A program made the translations under genes and the position numbers. Shown here piece after piece: positions 21,201-30,704 of a stretch of DNA of 64,000 nucleotides. The stretch's first letter is position 1; each line of letters begins with the position of its first letter. Source of the DNA: a virus; IMG/VR virus record IMGVR_UViG_3300042154_001567, positions 11,833 through 75,832 of that record, one strand, 5' to 3'. Below the pieces are notes generated by a model. The model saw nothing but the letters and a program-made list of their open reading frames with translations, was not told the DNA's origin and did not search any database.

Positions 21201-23654
21201 AGCCGTTATGATATGCTTATTGATGCATCAGGTAATGTTGGTATTGGTACAACAAGTCCGGGGGCTAAACTTGAAGTAAATGGTAATATAAAATTAAGTG
21301 GTGCTGCTGGTGCTACCTCAACTCCAAGTTATATTTGGTTAGGTAATGACTATAGTAACGGTGTAACTAGAGATAAATTAAAAATATATTTATATAATTC
21401 AGGTGTAGAACAATATGGTTTTACTGTAGGTTCAATTGGTGATGTACAATATCACTCAAATGCATTTCATGATTTTTATACTAATAACTCACTTTCTTTA
21501 AGAATTAACAGTAGTGGTAATGTAGGAATAGGAACGACTATACCTAATGGTAAGTTAAATGTTGTAGATACTTTAAATAATGGTACTTATGGTGCTGTTA
21601 ATATCACAAATAATGTGGCGAATGTTTCTTATGGACATGGTCTTATTATTAATGTACCTAATTTTGCTGTGGGATGGGGAGGTAATACAAACTACTCATT
21701 GGCAAAATTTATGGATGCGGGAGGGGATGCAGCGTGGATAGGAGGTGCACAATCATATTTTAGAGGTAATGTAGGAATAGGAACAACTACTCCTGCAACT
21801 AAATTAGAAGTAGTCGGTGGATACATTAGTACTAAAGATGATGCTACTTATGGTGGTGCTTTTATGGAAGGTGCTAATGGGATTGCTTATTTTGGTTCAT
21901 TAGGTAATGATGTTATTTCATTATATAGTGGTGGGGCAATTAAACTACAAATTAAATCTAACGGAAATACTTTAATCGGCACTACTACAGATTCAGGATA
22001 TAAATTTTATGTAAATGGAAATGTATCTTTTGAATCAGGAAAAATATACACCGTAAATAATGCTAATGGAAATTCATTAGATATATATAATCATGCAGGT
22101 ACAGGAGCTAATGCTTGGAGGCATATTTATGGTGGGTCTGGGACTGGGTATGGTGTTGGAGTAGGAGGATATGGCATATATTACAATGGGAATTCAGGCT
22201 ATAATCAAATAAACTTTCCAAATGGGGATGTTTATTTTGGGTATAACGTAGGTATTGGAACTAATAGTCCTATAGCAAAATTGACTGTTAATGAACTTCC
22301 GGTTGCAGAATTAGGGTCTACATCTTATGGGTCAGCAGTTATTCATGGAACAAATTATAATTTAAGCAATACTCAAAGAGGAATTGTTGATATAAATTAC
22401 ATAGATGTTGCAGCTCAAGATAATGGTTCAACCTTGACATTTACTAATAACGCTGGTATGTTTGGGTATGGATATTCTTATGTTGGAGTTGGACTAAAAG
22501 CTGGTAAAGAAAACTCTACTAATCAAAATCAAGCTACATATTTTGCAATTTCAACAAATAGTAATAGTGGATTTGCTGAAAGATTTAGAATATCTTCAAC
22601 AGGTGCAGCAACCTTTTCTTCTTCGGTAACTACGGGTGGGGATATTATTGTTAATAATAGTACAAATCCATATTCAAGTACAAATCGTGGAGCTATATTT
22701 TTAAATGGAGTTACTAATTCGCTTTATGGATTTGGAGTTGGAGGTGTGGCTAAAGGGTATTTGTATCATGAAGGTACTAATATGTATTTTGAAAATACGG
22801 TTAGTGGTGGATTTTTTAATATAGTTCAAGTTGGTGCGGGTTATATCGGGTTTCAAACAAATGGTTCTGAAAAAATGCGACTTAATTCAAGTGGTCAATT
22901 ACTTTTAGGGACAAGCACAAGTAGTTCGTACTTGTTAGATGTAAATGGAGATACAAGAGTTACAGGAACTTTATTAGCAGTATCAGCAGGTGGACAACCT
23001 GCAATGCAATTAAGTGGTAATAACCCTGATTATGCTCAATTAAAATTAATTAATACAAATGGTTATAATTATGCTATAATATCAGGAATAACATCTCTTA
23101 CAAATGCAGGATTTAGTATTAGAAATATAACATTAGGAACTGATATATTAACTCTTGCAGCAGCGGGTGCAGCAACATTCTCATCTTCAGTTACCGCTAC
23201 CAACTTCATAGTACCCGGTGGAACATCAGCACAATTCTTAAAAGCAGATGGCTCATTAGATTCAAATGTATACCTTACATCAACAAGTAGCACATTCAGT
23301 TATACTTCAAGTGTAACTTTATCTCCTACATGGCAGAATACAGGCGTGAGTAGTACTAACTTAGGAACAGGGACTTACCTTGTAAATTGTTTTGTTAATG
23401 ATCACGCTGTAGGTGGGGAACAATATAGTTGCACCTATGCAGGGATTATGTATTTTTATGCAGGTGGAACAAACGGATCAGATGCAAACGAGATTGTATT
23501 ACACCATTCAGGTCATGCTGATCAGGGAAGATATCTTTATTTAAGAACATTAAATACTTATAATACGGATGGTAAAACATACTTACAGATAAGCGGAAAC
23601 GGAACAAATTCAGGAGCATCAAACTACCAATTTACATTTAAAAAATTATTATAA
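18231..23654 (+). CDS. Long tail fibre protein 2 (GNVGIGTT repeats)
   Basis: 1807 aa; many GNVGIGTTxP..KL.V.G and TTTD(S/A)GYKLDVNG repeats typical of Bacteroidota phage fibres. Confidence 0.85.
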   Translation: MAIKFLTSQNIQAGTLTVSTIANLTTASNTFLVSDGGLVKYRTAAEVLSDIGAGTGSVTSITITPGTGISGGGTITSSGTLTITNTDLGSSQAIFKNIAVAGESTIVADSNNDTLTFINGSNIAITTNATTDTITISASDTNNYPTSLAWDTATGILTLGRNGLSSLTVDLDNRYAELGTQVTNKLTKWNGSNVITESIIYDNGTNVGIGTTTPTVALQVNGSGSANNYRGVIRIINNSAEQWSGLSLPDNASSDANSSNYYFIGRGNSLANRELSFHIPTAANYGSGDQPLFRFASTGADNLMTIQAVTGNTYIKGNVGIGTTSPIDVLHVVGGISSTSLSNTLNGSIGSIQMGYDGTNGVIRTWNSSPIIIAAYNYQAFETTGAERMRIATSGNVLIGTTSGSFPLTVVGKIGANIFGDSYLEFPSNGHAILKANNDVFVGYSQNFVVKQNGYVGVGTTNPLYRLESTTTALFGTTAYGVLNIAGDNPAYIKIKTNIPFSYGAQGYTVNIKGFQYGSAQTLDLQVCWHQYADAFTSPTITSKGSFAPVVRLARENGLVVIVLTWGQYWPKLYVESVHNYINDGYANGWTWVDENVTGDKTVTLSYKNDFGDGFVKTAAGLVGIGTSNPTKKLDVIGQAAIGSGAQAIVGTDGTYAGYSTIGFGGTTNGYNRVFGNNGTGDGLFLAAATSQGISFWTNGANNRMYITSSGNVLINTTTDSGYKLDVNGTARVSGQVVSDTKFFVAGTPNVNSGDLISVRDLSATGSNTTFGGVFFNSSPGNDYSIGKLTENSVGFLQIRNGNNGAELLRIGSTGVTTITNLAGTGSRMVVADASGVLSTQAIPTGTVTGTGTTNYISKWTSGSALANSSIVDDGAGNVYVYSRLFQSNGTNQMIFGQWDGVNNRIEGSSGLPMYMVTYGSALKFGVSGDEKAQINSSGNLLIGTTTDAGYKLDVNGSIKSQGILFEKSPYETRSIGLDTYGWYFYNNTDSRYDMLIDASGNVGIGTTSPGAKLEVNGNIKLSGAAGATSTPSYIWLGNDYSNGVTRDKLKIYLYNSGVEQYGFTVGSIGDVQYHSNAFHDFYTNNSLSLRINSSGNVGIGTTIPNGKLNVVDTLNNGTYGAVNITNNVANVSYGHGLIINVPNFAVGWGGNTNYSLAKFMDAGGDAAWIGGAQSYFRGNVGIGTTTPATKLEVVGGYISTKDDATYGGAFMEGANGIAYFGSLGNDVISLYSGGAIKLQIKSNGNTLIGTTTDSGYKFYVNGNVSFESGKIYTVNNANGNSLDIYNHAGTGANAWRHIYGGSGTGYGVGVGGYGIYYNGNSGYNQINFPNGDVYFGYNVGIGTNSPIAKLTVNELPVAELGSTSYGSAVIHGTNYNLSNTQRGIVDINYIDVAAQDNGSTLTFTNNAGMFGYGYSYVGVGLKAGKENSTNQNQATYFAISTNSNSGFAERFRISSTGAATFSSSVTTGGDIIVNNSTNPYSSTNRGAIFLNGVTNSLYGFGVGGVAKGYLYHEGTNMYFENTVSGGFFNIVQVGAGYIGFQTNGSEKMRLNSSGQLLLGTSTSSSYLLDVNGDTRVTGTLLAVSAGGQPAMQLSGNNPDYAQLKLINTNGYNYAIISGITSLTNAGFSIRNITLGTDILTLAAAGAATFSSSVTATNFIVPGGTSAQFLKADGSLDSNVYLTSTSSTFSYTSSVTLSPTWQNTGVSSTNLGTGTYLVNCFVNDHAVGGEQYSCTYAGIMYFYAGGTNGSDANEIVLHHSGHADQGRYLYLRTLNTYNTDGKTYLQISGNGTNSGASNYQFTFKKLL

Positions 23655-23655
23655 T

Positions 23656-26600
23656 ATGTCAGTAAAAATATCAAGCCTAAATACAGCTTCAACAATTTCT
23701 TCAGGGGATGACATTAACATTGCTGGAAACAACCCACTATATTTTAGTGATTGGGGTGGCGGATGGTTTATGCAGGATTCAGCTTGGATAAGGTCATATA
23801 ACTCAAAGTCGTTATGGATTGGTGCAGGGGTTATTGGTGGGGATGGTGGTTTGACAATTGGATATGGTGGTACAAGTTATGGTACAAATAATGCTATTAT
23901 AGCAGGGTTAGTAGGTATTGGAACGACAAGTCCTAGTGCTAAATTACATATTGGAGAAAGTGGAGCTGCTGCTCAATTATGGCTTCAAAGAACTGACGGT
24001 TATAACCCTATTAAATTAATTGGAGGAACATTGTCTGATGGGAATGGGTTTAAAATAACAATGAACACTACTGATGCTTTTGCTATCACCTCCACAGGCA
24101 ACGTAGGAATAGGAACGACTAGTCCTTTGGCTAAGCTAGATGTAGAAACATCAGCTGCCGGATATGCTGCTATAATAAAAAATACTAGTGCAGGAGGGGA
24201 TTATCTTAAAATGATAGGCGACTCAGGTAATACGGTTTTTGAGTTTGGTTCAGGAGGTACAGGTGGAGAAGGATTTGTTAATATATATTCAGACGCAGTC
24301 CAAAAAATACTTTTTGATGCAAACGGTGCTTCTTACTTTAATGCAGGTAATGTTGGTATAGGGACAACAAGTCCAAACTCAAATTTAACTGTTAGTGGAA
24401 CAACAAGTTTATTTAATGGAGCTTCAACTGCGGGGGCTGTTGAAGCTGGACACTCAGAAATAATAACAACTGGATTTAATATAGATGCGGGTGCTTCTCT
24501 TGATATTAGCAATATTAATGTTACATTAAATAAATGGAAAGTTATAATTAAAGGAGGATTTGCAAATAATTATGAAGGAGCAGGTTTAATTTCATCATCT
24601 TTAGAAATTGAAGTAGATAGTAATTCTCCAACAATAGATATAGGTTCAACAGATTTAACTTTTTCTAGAAATAGTAGTACAGGTAAGTTACAAGTAACAA
24701 ATACTAATAGCTCTGGGTTTAGAGTTGGTTTTGTTGGAACAATACAAATAATAAATTATCCAATATCTATACTTCCTACTACTTCAAAAATTATCCTTGG
24801 TAAAGTTGGTATAGGTACAACTACTCCTGCAACTAAATTACAAGTAGTTGGCGGGTATATTAGCACTAAAGATAACGCTGCTTATGGTGGTGCTTTTATG
24901 GAAGGTGATAATGGTGTTGTTCATTTTGGTTCGTTAGGTACTGATAATGTAAGTTTATACTCAAGTGGTACTCGTTTATTTATAAATGGAACAACAGGGA
25001 ATATTGGAATTGGAACAACAAATCCTAGTGCTAAATTACAAACAGTATCCTCAGGTTTAGGAGATGGAGGAGGTATTAGAATTACTAACACCGGAGCAGG
25101 AGGAGATGATTATAGAATATGGCCTACAGCAACAGTAAATGGTGAAGGTGCTGGTAAACTTATATTCTCTAATAATGGAGGAAATGTATTAACATTAACA
25201 AGTGGAGGAAATGTAGGTATTGGGACTACTAGTCCTAGTGCACCACTTACTGTAGCGGGCACAACTGATTTAGCTTGGGCAGCATCAACATCTAAATTAC
25301 AAATATCAAGAAATTCAACAGTTGCAAGGCTTCAAAACTACGAAAACGGATCCGCCTCTACTAACCTAGCACTCCAGTGGGAAGGCGGTAACGTAGGTAT
25401 TGGTACTACTAGTCCAAACAGAACATTAAGTGTAAATGGTATTATAGGAGTTGCTTCGGGAACTGCTAATACACAACAATTAGTATTTAATATAGATAGC
25501 GGAGCAAGTTATATTACATCTTCTTATTTTGGTTCATCTTCATATGTACCTATGTATTTTGAAACAGGGGGTGCAGTTAGATTAGCAATTCAAACTAATG
25601 GTAATATTGGAATCGGCACAACCACAGATGCAGGCTACAAGTTAGACGTAAATGGTAGTGGTAGGTTTAGTTCAATTTTAACAATTTCTACTGCTATTAG
25701 TATAAACCCAGCGGACTATGTTAACAATGTTGTAATTGGAAATGTTGGTGATAGTGCTTGGAGAGCAAAAGGAATTGGTGGAAGTGCAGCGGCTAATCAT
25801 AATTGGACTATTGCTCACAATGGATCAAATTTATATTTTGGAATATCTAATGGGGTTACAGCAAGTCTGGTAAGTTGGTTAGTAGTTTCTCCTAGTGGTG
25901 CAGTAGAATTCAATTCTCTTGCAGGCACAGGTAGCAGGATGGTAGTGGCGGATGCATCAGGTGTTTTATCAACCCAAACAATTCCCACAGGAACTGTTAC
26001 AGGAACAGGAACAACTAATTATTTACCAAAGTTTACAGGAGCAAGTGCTTTAGGGGATTCTCAAATATTTGATAATGGTAGTGGTGTAACAATTAATGGA
26101 ACAACAGTAGGAGAGAAATTTAATGTTAATGGTTATATTGGATTGCAAAACGCAGGTGTTCAAAAATGGCACTTTGGAGCAAATGCAAGTAATGCTTTAG
26201 TATTCTCAAGGAGTGGTGTTGCTGATAGAATGGTATTAGATTCTGATGGTAATGTAGGAATAGGAACTACTACTCCAAATAGAAAATTAACTATTGAAGG
26301 GACTTCTAATGCTTATATGTCTTTTAATGCAACTTCAAATAGAAATACTACAATAGGAAGTGATGGAGTTGGTAATTTTGTTGTATTTGATGATACTTTT
26401 GGAGATTATAGAATGGCTATATTTTCAGATGGAAATCTTGCTATAAATAGAAGCACCAACGCAGGCTACAAGTTAGATGTAAATGGTACTGCAAGAGTAC
26501 AAGGTCAATTATCGGTTAATCATTCTTTAAGTAGTAATTATGGTGCTGTTATTTATAACACATCAGCAACAGGCGAAGGTTTAGTAGTAAGAGGTGGTTC

Positions 26601-28014
26601 AACTGCTTCACATACTTCTTTTGCAGTTCAACCTTATGATGGTTCAGTTGCTTTATTTAGTGTTGTAGCTTCAGGTGCAGCAACTTTTTCTTCTTCGGTA
26701 ACGGCTACAAACTTTATAGGAGCAGGTACAGGATTAACAGGGACAGCATCTAGTTTAAGTATTGGGGGTAACGCTACTACTGCAACAAACATATCTAATA
26801 CAGGTACTGTAACTCTTGCAACTGCAACTGAAGCAAATAGTATTTATATTACACAACCTTCATATACAACTGACACTCCTGTAAAATTATTAAACTTTGC
26901 TTGGTATAGTGATGTATGGCAAATGGGTAATATTAGAAGTGGGGGTGTTGCTTCAAATGGATTTGGAATATATTTATCTGGTTCTGAAAAAATACGCATT
27001 GCTACTTCAGGTAATTTACTAATTGGCACAACAACAGATTCAGGCTACAAATTAGATGTAAATGGTAGTGGTAGGTTTACTAATAGTGTTTATTCAGAAA
27101 GTGTAAACGCTTATGTTTTAAACCAAACAGGCAATATAACTGATACTAAAATATGGTCAATTCAAAACTTGCCTTCAAGCGGACAATTAAGAATAAGAGC
27201 ATTAAATGATAATCTTACAAGTGGTATAAACGCTATTGTAATTTCAAGAACAGATATATCAAGCGTATCACTTGATTTTAATGGTGCAGCAACTTTTTCT
27301 TCTTCGGTAACTGCAGTAGGTGCATTATTTACTTCATCTACAGAAACAAGAGGTAATATAAGAACAACATTTACAAGCGATAATTCATATTATAGTTTAT
27401 TTAGTAATGATGGAGCTTTAAATTTAGATACTTATGGAGTAGGTGGTTTTATGAACTTTAAAATATTAGGTTCAACTAAATTTACAATAGCTAATTCAGG
27501 TGCAGCAACATTTTCAAATAGTTTAACTACTACAAATGGATATATTTCTGCAAATTATAATGCAGGAGATGTAATAATTTGGGGTGGTATAGCCCCTTAC
27601 GCAAATGTATATGGAGCATTATCTTGGGATGTTGATAAAGCGATTGTTAAAGGAAGAGGTGGTTATGCATTAGGACTATATGTAGATAATAATGTTTCTA
27701 AGGGGATTACTATTGCTACTTCAGGTGCAGCAACTTTTTCTTCTTCGGTAACGGCAGGTTCATTTATAAAATCAGGTGGTACAGCCGCTCAATTTTTAAA
27801 GGCGGATGGTAGTATTGATTCAAATACCTATGCAACAACATCGGCATTAGCTGCTTACTTATCATTATCAGGTGGCACAATTACAGGCGATTTAACGGTA
27901 AATAACAAGGTTTATGTAGGAACACATGGTTGCTACTTTGAAGAGGTTTTAATAGGCTCTACATACGAATTAAGGGTAGTAGATTCAGCAGGTAACATGA
28001 CGGTATTATCATAA
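23656..28014 (+). CDS. Long tail fibre protein 3 (GNVGIGTT repeats)
   Basis: 1452 aa; same repeat families; shares whole modules with fibre 2. Confidence 0.85.
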   Translation: MSVKISSLNTASTISSGDDINIAGNNPLYFSDWGGGWFMQDSAWIRSYNSKSLWIGAGVIGGDGGLTIGYGGTSYGTNNAIIAGLVGIGTTSPSAKLHIGESGAAAQLWLQRTDGYNPIKLIGGTLSDGNGFKITMNTTDAFAITSTGNVGIGTTSPLAKLDVETSAAGYAAIIKNTSAGGDYLKMIGDSGNTVFEFGSGGTGGEGFVNIYSDAVQKILFDANGASYFNAGNVGIGTTSPNSNLTVSGTTSLFNGASTAGAVEAGHSEIITTGFNIDAGASLDISNINVTLNKWKVIIKGGFANNYEGAGLISSSLEIEVDSNSPTIDIGSTDLTFSRNSSTGKLQVTNTNSSGFRVGFVGTIQIINYPISILPTTSKIILGKVGIGTTTPATKLQVVGGYISTKDNAAYGGAFMEGDNGVVHFGSLGTDNVSLYSSGTRLFINGTTGNIGIGTTNPSAKLQTVSSGLGDGGGIRITNTGAGGDDYRIWPTATVNGEGAGKLIFSNNGGNVLTLTSGGNVGIGTTSPSAPLTVAGTTDLAWAASTSKLQISRNSTVARLQNYENGSASTNLALQWEGGNVGIGTTSPNRTLSVNGIIGVASGTANTQQLVFNIDSGASYITSSYFGSSSYVPMYFETGGAVRLAIQTNGNIGIGTTTDAGYKLDVNGSGRFSSILTISTAISINPADYVNNVVIGNVGDSAWRAKGIGGSAAANHNWTIAHNGSNLYFGISNGVTASLVSWLVVSPSGAVEFNSLAGTGSRMVVADASGVLSTQTIPTGTVTGTGTTNYLPKFTGASALGDSQIFDNGSGVTINGTTVGEKFNVNGYIGLQNAGVQKWHFGANASNALVFSRSGVADRMVLDSDGNVGIGTTTPNRKLTIEGTSNAYMSFNATSNRNTTIGSDGVGNFVVFDDTFGDYRMAIFSDGNLAINRSTNAGYKLDVNGTARVQGQLSVNHSLSSNYGAVIYNTSATGEGLVVRGGSTASHTSFAVQPYDGSVALFSVVASGAATFSSSVTATNFIGAGTGLTGTASSLSIGGNATTATNISNTGTVTLATATEANSIYITQPSYTTDTPVKLLNFAWYSDVWQMGNIRSGGVASNGFGIYLSGSEKIRIATSGNLLIGTTTDSGYKLDVNGSGRFTNSVYSESVNAYVLNQTGNITDTKIWSIQNLPSSGQLRIRALNDNLTSGINAIVISRTDISSVSLDFNGAATFSSSVTAVGALFTSSTETRGNIRTTFTSDNSYYSLFSNDGALNLDTYGVGGFMNFKILGSTKFTIANSGAATFSNSLTTTNGYISANYNAGDVIIWGGIAPYANVYGALSWDVDKAIVKGRGGYALGLYVDNNVSKGITIATSGAATFSSSVTAGSFIKSGGTAAQFLKADGSIDSNTYATTSALAAYLSLSGGTITGDLTVNNKVYVGTHGCYFEEVLIGSTYELRVVDSAGNMTVLS
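26669..26705 (+). repeat. 37-bp exact direct repeat, copy 1 (copy 2 at 27719-27755; near copies at ~22601 and ~27283)
   Basis: CTTCAGGTGCAGCAACTTTTTCTTCTTCGGTAACGGC, encoding SGAATFSSSVTA. Confidence 0.9.
27719..27755 (+). repeat. 37-bp exact direct repeat, copy 2
   Basis: Identical to 26669-26705. Confidence 0.9.
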
Positions 28015-28496
28015 TGGGATTATCAACGACATATAAATTAAATACCGAAAGGCAGACTTGGGAGGACAATAATGTCACCGAAGATGCTGACCATAATGTA
28101 GGCACATTTTTTGTATCAAAATATAATAATCAATCAGGGCAATACCCAATGACTACCTTTAAGATAATTGTTGCCTATAAGGACACAGCTAATAGCATTG
28201 TTGATGCGGAGTTATATGTAGTGGTTATAGATTTAAATACAACTATAGAGTTTTTACCTGAAGGGGATACTGTACAAAACTTTTTCCCTTTAACCGCACC
28301 TACAGATTGGACAAAATATGGGCATTTGATAGCTACACATATTTCTAATGTAGAAGATTTTTTCTCTATTACATTGTCTTATAATACTACTACTGGAGAA
28401 GGGCACCTTTATGATGTTATTGTACATACGCCAAGATTAATAAGTGGTACAGCAACAATGATTGCAGATGTTTATACTTATACATTGATACAATAA
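28014..28496 (+). CDS. Hypothetical beta-rich fibre-associated protein
   Basis: TAATG-coupled to fibre 3. Confidence 0.65.
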   Translation: MGLSTTYKLNTERQTWEDNNVTEDADHNVGTFFVSKYNNQSGQYPMTTFKIIVAYKDTANSIVDAELYVVVIDLNTTIEFLPEGDTVQNFFPLTAPTDWTKYGHLIATHISNVEDFFSITLSYNTTTGEGHLYDVIVHTPRLISGTATMIADVYTYTLIQ

Positions 28497-28852
28497 TGGC
28501 TACAAAATTAATAAGATACGATGGGGTTAATGACCCACAACAGAATATAGTGACAATAGATTTATCAGCTATTACAAGTTCGAATTGTTTTACGATAGAT
28601 ATACTATATTCATGTAGAAATTTAACTAATTCAACTATGGAGGAAGCTGGATTATATAGATATATTAATACCTATGCTAAATACGGATCAAGTAGTTATG
28701 CTGTTTTAGATGAGCGTTTAATTTTAGAGTTTTATTTGGGTACACTCCAATATAATATGACATCTAATATTTCGGGTAATACTTTATATTTAGATTTATC
28801 AAGCACCAACACAGATTCAACTGTTTTATTTGACTGTAAATTAGAATATTAA
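28496..28852 (+). CDS. Hypothetical beta-rich fibre-associated protein
   Basis: TAATG-coupled. Confidence 0.65.
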   Translation: MATKLIRYDGVNDPQQNIVTIDLSAITSSNCFTIDILYSCRNLTNSTMEEAGLYRYINTYAKYGSSSYAVLDERLILEFYLGTLQYNMTSNISGNTLYLDLSSTNTDSTVLFDCKLEY

Positions 28853-29238
28853 TGTATACCTACAGAAAGAAAATACAATTATCTCATTCAGCTACAGCAA
28901 GTGGCTTTAGCGATATTAATGTATTAAGTTTATCAGGATTTGGCACAAATAAAATAGCAGATGTTGAGGTAAAGGTAACTGCATATGATGTAGCTAACGC
29001 AAAATCTTCTATAGTATATTATAGAAATGTTGAAGTTATAGACTCAGCTGCTGCCCCCTCGTACTATAATTCTAATGATTCTTCATTTTTTTATAGGGAG
29101 GATACTTCAACAGCCGCCTATGTTTATGATGTTGCATACAACCAAACTACTTCAAATATTGTTATTAGGGCTTCTAATCCAACCGCTACTACCTTAAATA
29201 CTATTTGTATAATAGACTATAAAATCAATTTTTATTAA
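28852..29238 (+). CDS. Hypothetical beta-rich fibre-associated protein
   Basis: TAATG-coupled. Confidence 0.65.
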   Translation: MYTYRKKIQLSHSATASGFSDINVLSLSGFGTNKIADVEVKVTAYDVANAKSSIVYYRNVEVIDSAAAPSYYNSNDSSFFYREDTSTAAYVYDVAYNQTTSNIVIRASNPTATTLNTICIIDYKINFY

Positions 29239-29241
29239 AAA

Positions 29242-29296
29242 AAATACTTATATTTGCTTAAATTAGAAAAATAAATACTTACCTTTACTTAAATTA
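29242..29296 (+). promoter_or_regulatory. Tandem duplicated promoter unit (TATATTTG / TACCTTTA)
   Basis: AAATACTTAtaTTTgCTTAAATTA (29242-29265) and AAATACTTAccTTTaCTTAAATTA (29273-29296). Confidence 0.65.
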
Positions 29297-29303
29297 AAAA
29301 AAA

Positions 29304-29582
29304 ATGGAAACAACACCTATGACAAATGGCTTAAAGCCTATCGAACCAGTAGTAGTACCCACATTAGGAACAGCTACTCAATTGTATGTACAAGCTAATA
29401 GCTTCTCAGCTTCAGCTGTAAATTGTACTTTATACTATTACTTAGCTGATGCTAATGGTATGCAATTATTACAAGGAAATGTGCAAATGACTGACGAGCA
29501 ATTCGCAACATGGGGTACTGATAACTCAGTATTGTATGAAATTGTTGCTGATGAAAAAGGCTTAGTTCTTATTGAAGAATAA
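29304..29582 (+). CDS. Small fibre-associated protein (putative assembly chaperone)
   Basis: Acidic 92-aa protein downstream of the fibres; LYYYL...GNVQMTDEQFATWG. Confidence 0.6.
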   Translation: METTPMTNGLKPIEPVVVPTLGTATQLYVQANSFSASAVNCTLYYYLADANGMQLLQGNVQMTDEQFATWGTDNSVLYEIVADEKGLVLIEE

Positions 29583-29599
29583 TTTAAATTTAAATCTAT

Positions 29600-30058
29600 A
29601 TGAATCAAAAGAAAAAAGCTACACTAAAGCTATCTCAAATCATGTCTTTAGAGGCAGAGATAGGCGGTTTACAAAACCAACAAACAGGTGAATCAATTTT
29701 AAAAGGCTTATTAAGTCATAAAATGCCAATGATTGCCAAGTTTAAATTAAAAATGTTACTTAACTCTTTGTCAACTATTAAGAAGGCAAATGATGAGTTA
29801 AGGGAAGAGTTGATTAAAGAGTATGGTACGGAAGGTGAGAACGGTTCTATTTCAATCCCCATGTATGTAGATGCAGAGGCAGAAGTAAAAGAGTTTAACC
29901 CTAAGTACGTTGAGTTCGCTAACAAAATGGAAGAGCTATTAGCTAAAGAAATTGAGTTTGAATTTGAAGAAATTTCTATGGAAGAGTTGAAAGACCTAGA
30001 TACTGAGGAGTCATATCCTGCGTTCATGGACTTGCTTATCTTAGTAATGGAAAAGTAA
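29600..30058 (+). CDS. Acidic helical protein, putative tail-fibre chaperone
   Basis: REELIKEYG...F...MEELL..EIE pattern; location after the fibres. Confidence 0.55.
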   Translation: MNQKKKATLKLSQIMSLEAEIGGLQNQQTGESILKGLLSHKMPMIAKFKLKMLLNSLSTIKKANDELREELIKEYGTEGENGSISIPMYVDAEAEVKEFNPKYVEFANKMEELLAKEIEFEFEEISMEELKDLDTEESYPAFMDLLILVMEK

Positions 30059-30080
30059 TAGCACATTCTCTACCCAAATT

Positions 30081-30109
30081 AAGCCACGCAGAAATGTGTG
30101 GCTTTTTTT
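30081..30109 (+). terminator. Rho-independent terminator
   Basis: AAGCCACGCA-GAAA-TGTGTGGCTT followed by a T run. Confidence 0.85.
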
Positions 30110-30111
30110 AT

Positions 30112-30119
30112 TATATTTG
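30112..30119 (+). promoter_or_regulatory. Bacteroidota -7 element TATATTTG
   Basis: Consensus TAnnTTTG directly after a terminator. Confidence 0.6.
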
Positions 30120-30185
30120 TAATATTAAATAATGACTATATAGAATTAAAGAAGGTAAATTTTAATTTAAATAAAAAATAAAGTT

Positions 30186-30704
30186 ATGAAAAAACCAATT
30201 GCTAAAATGTCTATTGCAAAAAAAGAGGTGGTCAAGAAGGTGGTCAAGGGGGTGGTCAAGCAAATTCCAATTGAAAAACCTATAATTAAAAAACCAATTA
30301 AAGCAAAACCAAATGCTAAAACTCTTAGTAAAGAAGTTAAGGTTATTACTAAAATTATTAAACCTTCATTTAAAAAACCAATTGTACCAGAAATTATTTA
30401 TAGTTGGGATTTAGAAAATATTGAAATTAACAACTCAACTAATGTTATTGTTCAAATAACCTATGAATTTATTGGTACTTTAAATGATCAAAAATATGCA
30501 TTAGCAGGAACGATTACTTTGCCAAAAGATGTAAATCCTAATAGTAAAGTAGAAACAGGTGATTATAGAAATTTATTAAAAGAGGAAATTATAGATTATA
30601 TTATAAACAATGTATCAGAAAGACATATTGAAACAATGAAAGGTTTGATTATTCAAAATTTCAATGGAAGTAAAATAATTGATAAAACTTTTTGGAAATC
30701 CTAA
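30186..30704 (+). CDS. Protein with a Lys/Pro-rich N terminus and a fibre-accessory-like C-terminal domain
   Basis: KKPI repeats, then YSWDLENIE...NVIVQITYEFIG. Confidence 0.6.
   Translation: MKKPIAKMSIAKKEVVKKVVKGVVKQIPIEKPIIKKPIKAKPNAKTLSKEVKVITKIIKPSFKKPIVPEIIYSWDLENIEINNSTNVIVQITYEFIGTLNDQKYALAGTITLPKDVNPNSKVETGDYRNLLKEEIIDYIINNVSERHIETMKGLIIQNFNGSKIIDKTFWKS

Noticed and set aside
22601-27755. CRISPR-like array suggested by the 37-bp repeats
   Set aside because: The repeats are coding and irregularly spaced hundreds to thousands of bp apart; no cas genes.
18231-28014. Diversity-generating retroelement or shufflon acting on the fibres
   Set aside because: No reverse transcriptase or recombinase in the window. 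The repeats are direct and in frame, and their differences are not adenine-specific.
30132-30170. Mini-ORF ATGACTATATAG after the TATATTTG promoter, possibly a gene remnant
   Set aside because: Only three codons, with no evidence to support a pseudogene call.
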